A DNA stretch of 33,546 bases, from contig JAFDDO010000003.1 in assembly GCA_019310825.1 (NCBI GenBank), forward strand, positions 1-33,546, in the 5' to 3' direction. The notes below the pieces were generated by a model. That model saw only the letters and a list, made by a program, of their open reading frames with translations, did no database searches and was not told the origin of the DNA. Positions 17,200 to 26,877 of this stretch are shown here, piece after piece. Source of the DNA: Deltaproteobacteria bacterium (GTDB lineage Bacteria > Desulfobacterota > Dissulfuribacteria > Dissulfuribacterales > UBA3076). The position numbers and the translations under genes are program-made. Each line of letters starts with the position of its first letter. Within the stretch, counting starts at the first letter, position 1.

Positions 17200-17273
17200 G
17201 GATCACCTTCTTGGCTGCTTATTATTAATATTGATTATCCAGCAAATGGTTTGATGTAGGCAGTAGTACTTCA

Positions 17274-18275
17274 TTAGTCTAAATTGATTTCTCTGAGAAA
17301 CTGTGCGGACTCTTCAGGTGGGGTAGGATTGACATAAAATCCGGTACCCCACTCAAACCCTGCCATTGTGGTCACCTTGGGCATTATTTCTATATGCCAG
17401 TGATAGTGTTCCAGAAAAGGGCTGCGTAGCGGAGCCGTGTGCAACATATAATTGTAAGGGACTCCGGGGAGGGCTTTGTCAAGGCGCTGCATTGTCTCCA
17501 GAAATAGGTCTGTCAATAGGTGAAATTGATTATCGTCCATGGAAACATAAGAGGATTGGTGTTTCTTAGGCATCAGCCACATCTCAAAAGGCGAACGGGG
17601 TGCAAAGGGACAAATCGTGATAAAATTATTATTTTCACATACTATTCTTATGTCTTGGGACTTTTCCTGACGGATGATGTCACAAAAGATACAGCGTTCC
17701 TTAAATTCATAATAGTGCAAACTGCTTTGGATCTCTTCCTGTATCCGGTGAGGTACGATAGGAAGAGCAATAAGCTGAGAATGTGAATGTTCTAGAGAAG
17801 CACCTGCAGCCCGGCCGAAATTTTTGAAAACTATTATGTAGCGAAAGCGGAAATCCTGTGCCAAATCAAGCATCCGGTCCCTGTAGGCCCAAAAGGTCTG
17901 GATAAGCTGTTCATGAGACATCATGGGGATAGTTTCGTCGTGCCTAGGAGTATCTATTATAACCTCATGAGCACCGATGCCATTCATTTTATCGTAAATA
18001 CCTTCGCCCCGTTTGTTCAAATCTCCTTCTATAACTAGTGCTGGGAATTTGTTCGGGACTACCCTGAGGGTCCAGCCTGGTCCATTTGGTGAATAGTTCG
18101 ACCGTCCATAAGCCAGAACTTCAGGTGGGGTAGTATGTTCATTCCCTGGGCATAAAGGACAGAACCCTCCCTTAGTCTTGTCTTTTTCAATGACAAAATC
18201 GTATGGACGTTTCCCTCTTTCCTTGGCGATAATAACCCATCGGCCTATAATTGTATCCCTGCGTAGTTCGGGCAT
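17274..18275 (-). CDS. galT: GalT-family hexose-1-phosphate nucleotidyltransferase
   Basis: MPELRRD...CPLCPGNE, VPNKFPAL, GAHEVII, FKNFG..AGASLEHSHSQ. RBS GAGGA precedes ATG 18275. Confidence 0.9.
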   Translation of the reverse strand: MPELRRDTIIGRWVIIAKERGKRPYDFVIEKDKTKGGFCPLCPGNEHTTPPEVLAYGRSNYSPNGPGWTLRVVPNKFPALVIEGDLNKRGEGIYDKMNGIGAHEVIIDTPRHDETIPMMSHEQLIQTFWAYRDRMLDLAQDFRFRYIIVFKNFGRAAGASLEHSHSQLIALPIVPHRIQEEIQSSLHYYEFKERCIFCDIIRQEKSQDIRIVCENNNFITICPFAPRSPFEMWLMPKKHQSSYVSMDDNQFHLLTDLFLETMQRLDKALPGVPYNYMLHTAPLRSPFLEHYHWHIEIMPKVTTMAGFEWGTGFYVNPTPPEESAQFLREINLD

Positions 18276-18285
18276 TTGGGATTCC

Positions 18286-20454
18286 TCAAACCAGCCAAAG
18301 CCTGCGTTCAAAGTCCTCATCAGGTACTTGAAGCACTATATAGCCCTCACGAGGCCATCTATCTCTAACCAATTTTTTTTGTATTATTTCAACATAAAAA
18401 GTCAATTCATCTTTGGGGTTGGAGTCCAGAAGTACAAAAGGTATTGCCACTTCTGCCAGTTCATTTAGAGCGCACCTTACTCCTGTTTCGTGAAAAACAA
18501 GAGACTTTCCGTTTTTTAAAAGCCTTAATTTTTCGTTAAAGGGGTCTATAAGCCTGCTGGTGATCAGTTCGATAATTATTGTAGCCTTAGATGAGACGGT
18601 TATTTTAAGGCCTAGATCCGGCTCCCAGACATCAAAGCTCCCCTCTCTGGGATCTATCCTCAGATAAAACGACTCAAGATCAAAGCCATATGCAATCTCA
18701 GCCAGCGGACTTGCTCCGGAATGCATGGCTCCCCCGTGGCTTCCCAAGCTTAGTGATCCTGCGCCTCTCCACTCGCCATAACAGCTCAAGCGTCCATCAA
18801 TTTGTGGGTGTATAAAACACGTTGGTTCAGTAGTAGGTATTGCTGGTCTTTGAGCCCTGAGCGGACTTAGCAGTTCATCAGGAACTGTCATATTAAGACT
18901 ATTATAGACCTTTTTGAGATGAGTCCGGAAAAGGTGGTCAAATTCATAGGCATAATCAGTCTCAAATTGGTCTCCATACCACCAGAACCAGTCACTGCCT
19001 TCAGCAGCAAAAATAGATTCCATGGCCATATTAACGGCCTCTTCAGTTATGTTTTCCTGTCTTTTAGCATTATCGATGGCCTTCCTTGCACGACCAAGAG
19101 CGTCCCATGCCCGGTTTTCATCCTGCCCACCAATCCAGATGCCGAAATCATGGTTTATCCAAGAGCCTGTATATAGACCCGGCAAGGTGCGTGTCGGCGG
19201 ATGATTTTCCAGATATTGACCAATGGTCACAAGTTCAAGCATTGGTTCTTTGATAATTGCATCATATAGGCCTGTCAAAAAGGATTCACCACCGTCATGA
19301 TAATACTCCCATGGATTTTCTCCATCCAAAATTATAGCAATAAAAGGGGAACGTTCCATTCCCTGAAGGCCGCTACAGATTTTCTTTAGCCTGGAGACAA
19401 AGTCAGTGATTGCAGCCTGAGGTTGGTTTTTCTGATAAACGAAGCCTATCAGATCTGAAAGCTTATGGTGGCGAAAGACCATGTCTGTGCGGCAGCCATT
19501 TATTTCCACTCTATAAGGCTGGAATAGACTTTGAGATTCTATTTTCTCAAGTGAATTGAATAGTATAGCTTCGTCTGTTGCTGTCCAGGAGAATCCAGCC
19601 TCTTCAATAATAGGGATAAGCTCAGGGGCAACGGAGCCTTCCGATGGCCAGAGTCCTACAGGGGTCTTCCCTAAGACCTCCTTACAGTAATGCCTACCTC
19701 TTTCCAGTTGTGTTCTGGCGTCTTCCGGGCAAGTAAATCGCAAAGGGAGTCTGGTCTCCTGCCTGGACCTTTTCCCAAAATCCGAATCGATTAGCAGGGG
19801 GAGAATAGGATGATAGAATGGACTGATACTGATCTCTATCTGTCCTTCGATCCATTTTGAACTATAACGGGGAATGAGTCCTTTCATAAGTTCAAGATGG
19901 AAGTCCAGGAGATTCATCTTTTCTTTCTCGCTGAAAGACTGTCCTTTTTGAAAAAGAGAACTTATCAAGGGGTAATTTCTCGATGAAAAACCGACCCAGG
20001 TGAGATTAAACCAGACCTGAAGGTCTAAATAGTCCTGAGTTGAAAATTTCTTTCTCACTTGGGAAAAATAAGATGGGCCAAAGTCCCTTCCTCGCAACTC
20101 GAGCAGTTGCAGGTACCTCTTGTAGGGTTCTACCATAGTGGGCCATTGGCAGCTGAAAAAATGTGTCAGGATGAATTCCTGGTCTGAAGGGGAAAGCTCG
20201 TTGGCAGGGCGACGGCTCAATTCCAGGAAGTCGTCGGTTTTGCCCTGTATATAAGACTGGATTTGGAGAAGAAGGGATGGAACAAGATTAAAAGTTACCT
20301 TTGCCTCAGGCCTGGAGTCCAGACATGCTATCATGTCAGAGTAAGCCTTTACAGCATGGAGCCTGACCCATGGCATCGCAAAGCGATCCCATATCGGGTC
20401 AAGATACAGAGGTTGATGCATATGCCAAAGAAAGGCAACATATAACTGCTGCAT
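18286..20454 (-). CDS. Glycoside hydrolase family 57 (amylopullulanase/alpha-amylase type)
   Basis: WHMHQP, PFYHPILPLL, nucleophile WPSEG, acid/base LDGENPWE, AEGSDWFWW. The start overlaps the dksA stop (TAATG). Confidence 0.92.
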   Translation of the reverse strand: MQQLYVAFLWHMHQPLYLDPIWDRFAMPWVRLHAVKAYSDMIACLDSRPEAKVTFNLVPSLLLQIQSYIQGKTDDFLELSRRPANELSPSDQEFILTHFFSCQWPTMVEPYKRYLQLLELRGRDFGPSYFSQVRKKFSTQDYLDLQVWFNLTWVGFSSRNYPLISSLFQKGQSFSEKEKMNLLDFHLELMKGLIPRYSSKWIEGQIEISISPFYHPILPLLIDSDFGKRSRQETRLPLRFTCPEDARTQLERGRHYCKEVLGKTPVGLWPSEGSVAPELIPIIEEAGFSWTATDEAILFNSLEKIESQSLFQPYRVEINGCRTDMVFRHHKLSDLIGFVYQKNQPQAAITDFVSRLKKICSGLQGMERSPFIAIILDGENPWEYYHDGGESFLTGLYDAIIKEPMLELVTIGQYLENHPPTRTLPGLYTGSWINHDFGIWIGGQDENRAWDALGRARKAIDNAKRQENITEEAVNMAMESIFAAEGSDWFWWYGDQFETDYAYEFDHLFRTHLKKVYNSLNMTVPDELLSPLRAQRPAIPTTEPTCFIHPQIDGRLSCYGEWRGAGSLSLGSHGGAMHSGASPLAEIAYGFDLESFYLRIDPREGSFDVWEPDLGLKITVSSKATIIIELITSRLIDPFNEKLRLLKNGKSLVFHETGVRCALNELAEVAIPFVLLDSNPKDELTFYVEIIQKKLVRDRWPREGYIVLQVPDEDFERRLWLV

Positions 20455-20816
20455 TATATGCCTCTGGCCTTTTCCTCCCTTTCTTGCTTGGACTTGCACT
20501 CAATGCAACGGGTTGTGACAGGTCTGGCCGTCAGCCGTTTAGCACATATTTCTTCACCACAATCTTCACAGAGGCCATAAGTCTCATTTTCGATCCTCTC
20601 TAAGGCCTTATTGATTTTTTTTATGAGCTTTCTCTCCCTATCTCTGATACGCAGCTCGAAACTACGATCAGACTCTACGGACGCCCGATCTGTTGGGTCA
20701 GGAAAGTGGTTGTTCATGTCAGTCATCTCTTCCAGAGTCTTGTCCGCTTCCCCTAAAAGATCATCGAGTTTTTTCTGGAGTAGGCTGCGAAAATACTCCA
20801 GTTGGGCCTGTTCCAT
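20454..20816 (-). CDS. dksA: RNA polymerase-binding transcription factor DksA
   Basis: Coiled-coil tip DPTDRA (DxxDxA), RDRERKLIKKI, C4 zinc finger CEDC...CIEC. Confidence 0.95.
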   Translation of the reverse strand: MEQAQLEYFRSLLQKKLDDLLGEADKTLEEMTDMNNHFPDPTDRASVESDRSFELRIRDRERKLIKKINKALERIENETYGLCEDCGEEICAKRLTARPVTTRCIECKSKQEREEKARGI

Positions 20817-20829
20817 GCTAGTATTCTCC

Positions 20830-21315
20830 TCAGAACTTTCTTTTCCAGGTTCCGCTCTTTCCGCCGGTTTTATAATCTAGTTGTATTTTTTCAATAGTTA
20901 TATTTTTCTCTACTGACTTGCACATATCGTAAATGGTCAAAGCAGCAACTGAAACAGCTGTTAGTGCTTCCATTTCTACGCCAGTAGAGCCTTTTGCCTT
21001 TACACGTGCCAAAATTTCTATAGCATTTTTCTCTGAGTCCGGAGTAAAGTCAATCTCTATTTTTTGTAAGCTTAAAGGATGACAAAGGGGAATCAAGGTT
21101 TCCACTTTTTTGGCAGCCATGATCCCCGCTATCCTGGCCACAGCCAGAACATCGCCTTTTGAGATTTTACTGTCAATAAGAAGATTAAAGGCACTAGGTC
21201 CTATTATTACCTGACCTAAAGCAACTGCTTCCCTTTGGGTCATAGATTTTAGGCTTACGTCCACCATGTGGGCCTGCCCCTTCTTGTTCAGATGAAAAAA
21301 TGAGTTCTTGCTCAA
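20830..21315 (-). CDS. moaC: Cyclic pyranopterin monophosphate synthase MoaC
   Basis: [41 protein letters not shown]. Confidence 0.96.
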   Translation of the reverse strand: MSKNSFFHLNKKGQAHMVDVSLKSMTQREAVALGQVIIGPSAFNLLIDSKISKGDVLAVARIAGIMAAKKVETLIPLCHPLSLQKIEIDFTPDSEKNAIEILARVKAKGSTGVEMEALTAVSVAALTIYDMCKSVEKNITIEKIQLDYKTGGKSGTWKRKF

Positions 21316-22451
21316 GACGTCCTCTCATGACCGGAGTGCCCATGTGCTTCGGATCGTTTAAACAATTTACGAAAGAAGCCGCCTTCTTTTTTTTCTTTTT
21401 CGATATCTGCGAATTCCTGAAGCAGGGCACATTGGCGCTCTGTCAACTTGGCTGGTGTTACAACAGCAACTTCAATTATCTGATCCCCGGCTCCAAATCC
21501 TCTTAGATCAGGAATGCCAAGTCCTTTCAGCCTAAAGTGCTCTCCTGTCTGAGTTTCTGCCGGAATTTTTAAGTTGCGGGATCCATCCAGGGTGGATACT
21601 TCAACTTCGTCTCCCAGGGCTGCCTGTACAATAGAAATAGGAAGGCGAAAATATATGTCATTGCCATGACGTTCGAAAAAGTCATGGGGTTTTACGTGTA
21701 TTACTATATAGAGATCCCCCCTGGGCCCATCCCTGAGACCGGCCTCGCCCTCACTCCTCAGGCGCAATCTTGATCCTGTATCTACACCTGCAGGAATACG
21801 TACCCTCACCTTATGTCGTTCTCTTACTCTGCCTTGACCTTGGCATACCTGGCAGGGGTCTGTGATAATTGTTCCGCTTCCGGAACAATGTGGACAAGTG
21901 GAGGAAATCCTGAAAAACCCTTCCGACCTTATTATTTGGCCTCTTCCCTGGCAAGTAGGACAGGTAGTAGGACGGCTTCCGGAGGCCATACCTGTTCCTT
22001 TGCAGATGGAACAGGACTCAAGACGAACGATCTCTATTTCAGTCTCCGCACCTCTGGCAGCATCTTCAAATAAAACCTCAAGGTTGTATCTTAGATCTGC
22101 ACCCGCCTCTGGCCCCATGGATACGTCATGTTTTCGGTGAGTAGTAGAAAAACCGAACAGGTCTTCAAACAAATCGCCAAAGTTATTAAATATGTCTTGT
22201 GGTCCGGAAAAACCCCTAAAACCGTTCCCGGCTATTCCTTCGTAACCGTAAAGGTCATAGGTCTGCCTTTTCTGAGGATCTCTGAGCACTTCATAGGCCT
22301 CTGCCGCCTCCTTGAAGTATTCCTCTGCGTCTTTATCACCCTGGTTTTTATCAGGATGATATTTTAAGGCCAGCTTCCGATAGGCTTTTTTTAGTTCTTC
22401 AGATGAGCAGTCTCGGGAGACCTCCAATATCTCATAGTAGTCTTTTTTCAT
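21312..22451 (-). CDS. dnaJ: Chaperone DnaJ (class A)
   Basis: J domain with HPD, G/F region, four CxxCxGxG repeats. Confidence 0.96.
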   Translation of the reverse strand: MKKDYYEILEVSRDCSSEELKKAYRKLALKYHPDKNQGDKDAEEYFKEAAEAYEVLRDPQKRQTYDLYGYEGIAGNGFRGFSGPQDIFNNFGDLFEDLFGFSTTHRKHDVSMGPEAGADLRYNLEVLFEDAARGAETEIEIVRLESCSICKGTGMASGSRPTTCPTCQGRGQIIRSEGFFRISSTCPHCSGSGTIITDPCQVCQGQGRVRERHKVRVRIPAGVDTGSRLRLRSEGEAGLRDGPRGDLYIVIHVKPHDFFERHGNDIYFRLPISIVQAALGDEVEVSTLDGSRNLKIPAETQTGEHFRLKGLGIPDLRGFGAGDQIIEVAVVTPAKLTERQCALLQEFADIEKEKKEGGFFRKLFKRSEAHGHSGHERTS

Positions 22452-22476
22452 TGATAATGCCTACAAGCGGTCTTTT

Positions 22477-22740
22477 TCAACCTTCTGCCTGATTAATATC
22501 TGTCTGTAATGCTTGAAAAATTCGTTGCTCTTCTGCCTCTCGAGCCAATGCTTCCAAATTTTCAAATTTTACTTTGTCTTGGGCAATTTCTCTCAACGCC
22601 AAGACTATTTCCCTGTTTTTACATTTGACCAGGGGCTGGGCACCCTTGCGCAATTGCTTTACCCGCTCGATCGCAAGGTGTACTAATGCAAAACGGTTAG
22701 GCAAATTTTCCAAGCAGTCTTCTATTGTTATTCTCGCCAT
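22477..22740 (-). CDS. rpoZ: RNA polymerase omega subunit
   Basis: MARITIEDC...NRFALV...R.KQL...ALREIA; RBS GGAG upstream. Confidence 0.95.
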   Translation of the reverse strand: MARITIEDCLENLPNRFALVHLAIERVKQLRKGAQPLVKCKNREIVLALREIAQDKVKFENLEALAREAEEQRIFQALQTDINQAEG

Positions 22741-22896
22741 TATATATTCTCCAGTTAAAAAATAGCATAGTATTAATAAGTGGATAGTGTTTTGGGCTTA
22801 AATTTTCAGGATTAAACCTCTCGCCCTTTCGGGATATCAGAAAGCCAAAAATACTGCATCATTTCGGCCAATACGATGTTAAACCGTAGGATATTT

Positions 22897-22969
22897 AACA
22901 AGGAATTTCGAATCATGAAGGATTTTAAAGTCATTCCCTTCGATATTCATAATTCCTTGTTCGATATTC
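22897..22969. repeat. 25-bp imperfect inverted repeat built from GAA-initiated heptamers
   Basis: aacaaggaatttcgaatcatgaagg (22897-22921) vs revcomp of 22937-22961 aacaaggaattatgaatatcgaagg; an extra gatattc unit follows. Confidence 0.65.
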
Positions 22970-23140
22970 AAATATCAGATCGAGTGGCCTAAACGACAAT
23001 CAAGGCCTTCCATTTGTTTTGTGACAGACCATTAGAACAAGATCTAGTATTTTGCAAGTGCCTTTTAGAAATATATTATTATAATATCAGTTTTAGTTGT
23101 CGCAATCCTTATTCAACATAGCTATCGTAACAGGACTAAT

Positions 23141-25642
23141 ATGAGGAACCTTCTTGTAGGCATTTTTTCATATCTCATCATTTTAGCACTACCTGCTAAT
23201 GGACAGGATTTGGTAGAAATCTCTCAAAATAACATGCCGCAGGCAAGGATTCAGGTAACTCATGAGGCGGTTTCTCCTTCATGGCAGTTGGTCTGGGATG
23301 AAGCCAGGGAAATGGTGAAAAAAAAAGAACTTGATGGTGCTGTAGCCCTTTACAGAGAATTATTAAGAGATCGCCAAGGTCTTATAGAAGCCAGATGGGA
23401 ATTGGCTTTAGTTTTAATGCAGTTAAATAAAGAAAGTCAAGCCATACTTGAATTTGAGCATGTTGTGGAGGCCAGACCCGATGATGTCCAGGCGTTATTC
23501 ATTCTTGCAGAACTTCTAAGCTGTTCAGGTCAGTGTGATAAAGCTATTGTCACTTATAAAAATTTGGTGGCAGAACTCCGTCTCCGGGGAAAAGGCTTCC
23601 ACATTGCCAGAAATGAATTACTGAATATTCCTGAAGAGTTTACCTTGGTGAAGGTCTTAGAAAGCCTTGCCCGTTGTCTGGAATCCCAAAAAAGGCTTAA
23701 TGAGTCCATAACATATCTCCTAAAGGCTTTAGCCATAGAACCTGACCGAAAAGACCTTGAGTTTAAGCTGGCCTGTGGGCTTCTACATCTAAAAAGAGCA
23801 AAGAGCTCCTTATCTCACTTCAAAAAATTACTACCTCAATATGAAAATGATCCAGACTTTTTAGCTAACTATGCAAAGGCCCTTTTAGCTGTGGGAGATC
23901 GAGATAAGGCCATTAAGATATTTGAGAGGTTTGTGGCACTTTCCAGCGATAATGCTGGGGAAGATCACACAGGTAATCTTATATGGAGTGTTAATGAACT
24001 TGTCTCCTTATATTTGATGGAAGGAGACGTCCAGTCAGCAATTAAAGTCCTTGAGGATTTGAAATATAATCATCCGGAAGTGCTTGATAAACAGCTTTTG
24101 GCAACTTCGGGGCGTCTGTATTTTGCCTCACGTAATTATCTCAAGGCCCTTGAGACATTCAGGATTTTTCTGGGAGAAGAACCTGACAATAAAATGGGGT
24201 TGCTGTTTATGGCCCGCGTGTATGAGCGCCTTCAGCTCCTTACACCAGCCATTTCCATTTATAAGCAACTCTTACTTCTTGAGCCCAATCCAACCATTAC
24301 TATGCATTTGGTTGAATTGTTTTTAGAAACAGAAAATTTTGATCAGGCAAGCCTTCTAATTACTGATGATATGCGTAGTTGGCTCCAAAATGATATCAAG
24401 GGAAGAGAGCTTCTATTAGATGTCTATCTGAAAAATGGGAACGGAGAAGGTGTTGAAAAACTTTTAGACAGTAAAGGCGATTTCTTTAAGGATGATGACA
24501 TACTGGCCTCATATGTTTCTCTTGCCACATCGATTGGTTATACGAGTACCCAGATGAGATTTCGTTTATATAACGACGCGTTGCTTGCTTTGGCTGACCA
24601 AGCTGGAAAAAGGGAAGACCTCCTGCAGGTCGGTGTGAAGCTGCTTTTGGGTCTTGGTCAACAGGATATAGCTGAGGAAGTATTAAGGTATTGTTGGTCT
24701 AAGGGCCGGTCCCTGTGGTCTATTGACATGTTGATCGATAGTTACCTTGAGAAGAATAAGTATGAGAATGCTGTTGTTTTGCTTGAAGAGGCACTATCTA
24801 TTTATCCTTCTTCCGCAAGGCTTAAACTGAAGCAGGCCCATCTGCTTCTTAACATGGGTAAGGTCGACTTAGCGGGGGAAGTGCTTTTTTCAATTTGTGC
24901 AGGCGATAACTGGAAGTGGGGAAAAGAAAAAAAACTGCTGTGTGAGGGCTATGCCCTTGGCTTGGCAGGAAGATATGAAGAGGCACTCGATCTTTATGGA
25001 AAAATAATTCAACAGTCACCGAATCATCTGGAAGCACATAGAGGCAGATGGATCAATTTTGCAGCCTATGGATTGGGACAGGAGGCTGATGCAGAGGCCC
25101 TGGGTTTAGAAATAATTACAGGAATTGGGTATTCTGATCTTTCACACAACGGCGATAACGAAAAGTTTGTCCCAATGTTTGTAACAAATGGGAGATTGAT
25201 GCCGGCTCCTGGGGCCTACTTGAGTGAATTAGTACGAAGCAAGAAATTGTTATCACCTAAAGAGATTCTTAGTTCTCCATTCTGTGAAATGGAAGGAGAA
25301 GCATGCCCCTTACTGCTTGCTTTATCCTACGAACATTTTGCAAACTTTTCAGAAGCGGTTGTTATGTGGCTCTCTTTCTTAAAGAGACACGAGACTTACT
25401 GGCCCGGCTATGAACGTCTTGCACGGATATACGAGGATAGAGGTAAAGTAGACTCTGCAAAAAAATTACGGTACAGGACTTGCCACAAAATAAAACATCT
25501 GCGATTGTTTCTTTGTTACGGACAAGATTACAGCGAGCTAAGAACTATCTCTGAAGAAACCGGACCTTCGGGCTTGTGGATATGGCGAAAGCTTGATGAT
25601 ATAGCCCTTGAATCCTGGGAAGGAGTATTCTGTTCCGATTAG
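23141..25642 (+). CDS. Large exported tetratricopeptide-repeat protein
   Basis: N-terminal signal-like segment (..LIILALPANG). Many TPR-type repeats (e.g. ARWELALVL...AILEFEHVVEARPDD; YLLKALAIEPDR; GRYEEALDLYGKIIQQSPNH). Confidence 0.82.
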   Translation: MRNLLVGIFSYLIILALPANGQDLVEISQNNMPQARIQVTHEAVSPSWQLVWDEAREMVKKKELDGAVALYRELLRDRQGLIEARWELALVLMQLNKESQAILEFEHVVEARPDDVQALFILAELLSCSGQCDKAIVTYKNLVAELRLRGKGFHIARNELLNIPEEFTLVKVLESLARCLESQKRLNESITYLLKALAIEPDRKDLEFKLACGLLHLKRAKSSLSHFKKLLPQYENDPDFLANYAKALLAVGDRDKAIKIFERFVALSSDNAGEDHTGNLIWSVNELVSLYLMEGDVQSAIKVLEDLKYNHPEVLDKQLLATSGRLYFASRNYLKALETFRIFLGEEPDNKMGLLFMARVYERLQLLTPAISIYKQLLLLEPNPTITMHLVELFLETENFDQASLLITDDMRSWLQNDIKGRELLLDVYLKNGNGEGVEKLLDSKGDFFKDDDILASYVSLATSIGYTSTQMRFRLYNDALLALADQAGKREDLLQVGVKLLLGLGQQDIAEEVLRYCWSKGRSLWSIDMLIDSYLEKNKYENAVVLLEEALSIYPSSARLKLKQAHLLLNMGKVDLAGEVLFSICAGDNWKWGKEKKLLCEGYALGLAGRYEEALDLYGKIIQQSPNHLEAHRGRWINFAAYGLGQEADAEALGLEIITGIGYSDLSHNGDNEKFVPMFVTNGRLMPAPGAYLSELVRSKKLLSPKEILSSPFCEMEGEACPLLLALSYEHFANFSEAVVMWLSFLKRHETYWPGYERLARIYEDRGKVDSAKKLRYRTCHKIKHLRLFLCYGQDYSELRTISEETGPSGLWIWRKLDDIALESWEGVFCSD

Positions 25643-25715
25643 GAAATTCCCTCATTATTCCTTGATTTTTTCGAACGTTATAGATAAAAAGGTAAAGGTA
25701 GTATCTGGAGACCAT

Positions 25716-26687
25716 ATGCGTATGAATATTTTAGTGACCGGCGGAGCCGGTTTTATCGGATCTCATCTATGTGATTACCTTATTTCTAAAGGAGAGTATG
25801 TCTCAGTCATAGATGATCTTTCCACCGGCTTCTTTGAAAATATAGTCCATCTGCAGGATAATTCGAGGTTTCAATATATAAATGACACTATCCTAAACAA
25901 AGATAGGATGAATAGTCTTGTTCAGCAATGTGACGCAATAGTCCATCTTGCTGCTGCTGTAGGTGTCAAATATGTCGTAGAAAATCCGCTTGCCTCTATC
26001 GAAACCAACATCTGCGGGACTGAAATCGTGCTTAATCTGGCCAACAAGCACAAGAAAAAAATACTCATAGCATCAACGTCAGAAGTCTATGGGAAACATA
26101 TGCATGCCCCTCTGAAGGAGGATGACAATTTAATTTATGGTCCTCCCACTACCATGCGCTGGAGCTATGCAGCTTCGAAGCTTATAGATGAGTTTACTGC
26201 GCTTGCATATCATCGTACTAAAAAGCTCAAGGTGGCTGTATTCCGTTGCTTCAATACAATAGGTCCCAGGCAGACAGGTATCTATGGGATGGTGGTACCC
26301 AGGTTTATTCAGCAAGCACTGAGGGATGAGCCTATATCAGTTTTTGGTGACGGCCAGCAGACTCGGACATTCACTTATGTTGGGGATGTAGTAGAGTCCA
26401 TATGCCGACTTATGGAGTGCGAAAAGGCAATCGGTGAAGTAATAAATATAGGAGGCACAGAGGAAATTTCTATATCAGAGCTTGCTAAGCGTATCAAGTC
26501 TCTTGTTGGGAGTAATTCCGAAATAATCTATATTCCTTATGAACAGGTCTACGGCAAAAACTTTGAAGACATGATGCGCAGGGTTCCTTCATCTGAAAAG
26601 CTCAACCACTTAATAGATTTTGTTCCACAAACGCCTTTTGATACGATTCTTGAAAAAACTGCAGAATATTTTCGTTCCATTATTTAG
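25716..26687 (+). CDS. NAD-dependent nucleotide-sugar epimerase/dehydratase (extended SDR)
   Basis: TGGAGFIGS, HLAAAVGV, ASTSEVYG, YAASK. GGAG upstream of ATG 25716. Confidence 0.92.
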   Translation: MRMNILVTGGAGFIGSHLCDYLISKGEYVSVIDDLSTGFFENIVHLQDNSRFQYINDTILNKDRMNSLVQQCDAIVHLAAAVGVKYVVENPLASIETNICGTEIVLNLANKHKKKILIASTSEVYGKHMHAPLKEDDNLIYGPPTTMRWSYAASKLIDEFTALAYHRTKKLKVAVFRCFNTIGPRQTGIYGMVVPRFIQQALRDEPISVFGDGQQTRTFTYVGDVVESICRLMECEKAIGEVINIGGTEEISISELAKRIKSLVGSNSEIIYIPYEQVYGKNFEDMMRRVPSSEKLNHLIDFVPQTPFDTILEKTAEYFRSII

Positions 26688-26694
26688 AATGACT

Positions 26695-26815
26695 GGAATA
26701 GTGCCTAAAGTTGTGGTGCGCATTTTTAGCGCAGTTAATATAAAAATAACCAAAACCAAACTTGCTGAATAGATAGAACATAGCGACACCTTAACTTTGG
26801 GCACTTTAAGCTCAA
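26695..26815. repeat. GTGCCTAAAG-family inverted-repeat element
   Basis: agtgcctaaagttgtggtg (26700-26718) pairs with caccttaactttgggcact (26787-26805). 26712-26741 matches 30235-30264 at 26/30. Confidence 0.75.
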
Positions 26816-26877
26816 TTAACTAAAAATTTTTGCCACAAAAAATACGAAATTTAGAACTAATGTACTAATTGTATTTT

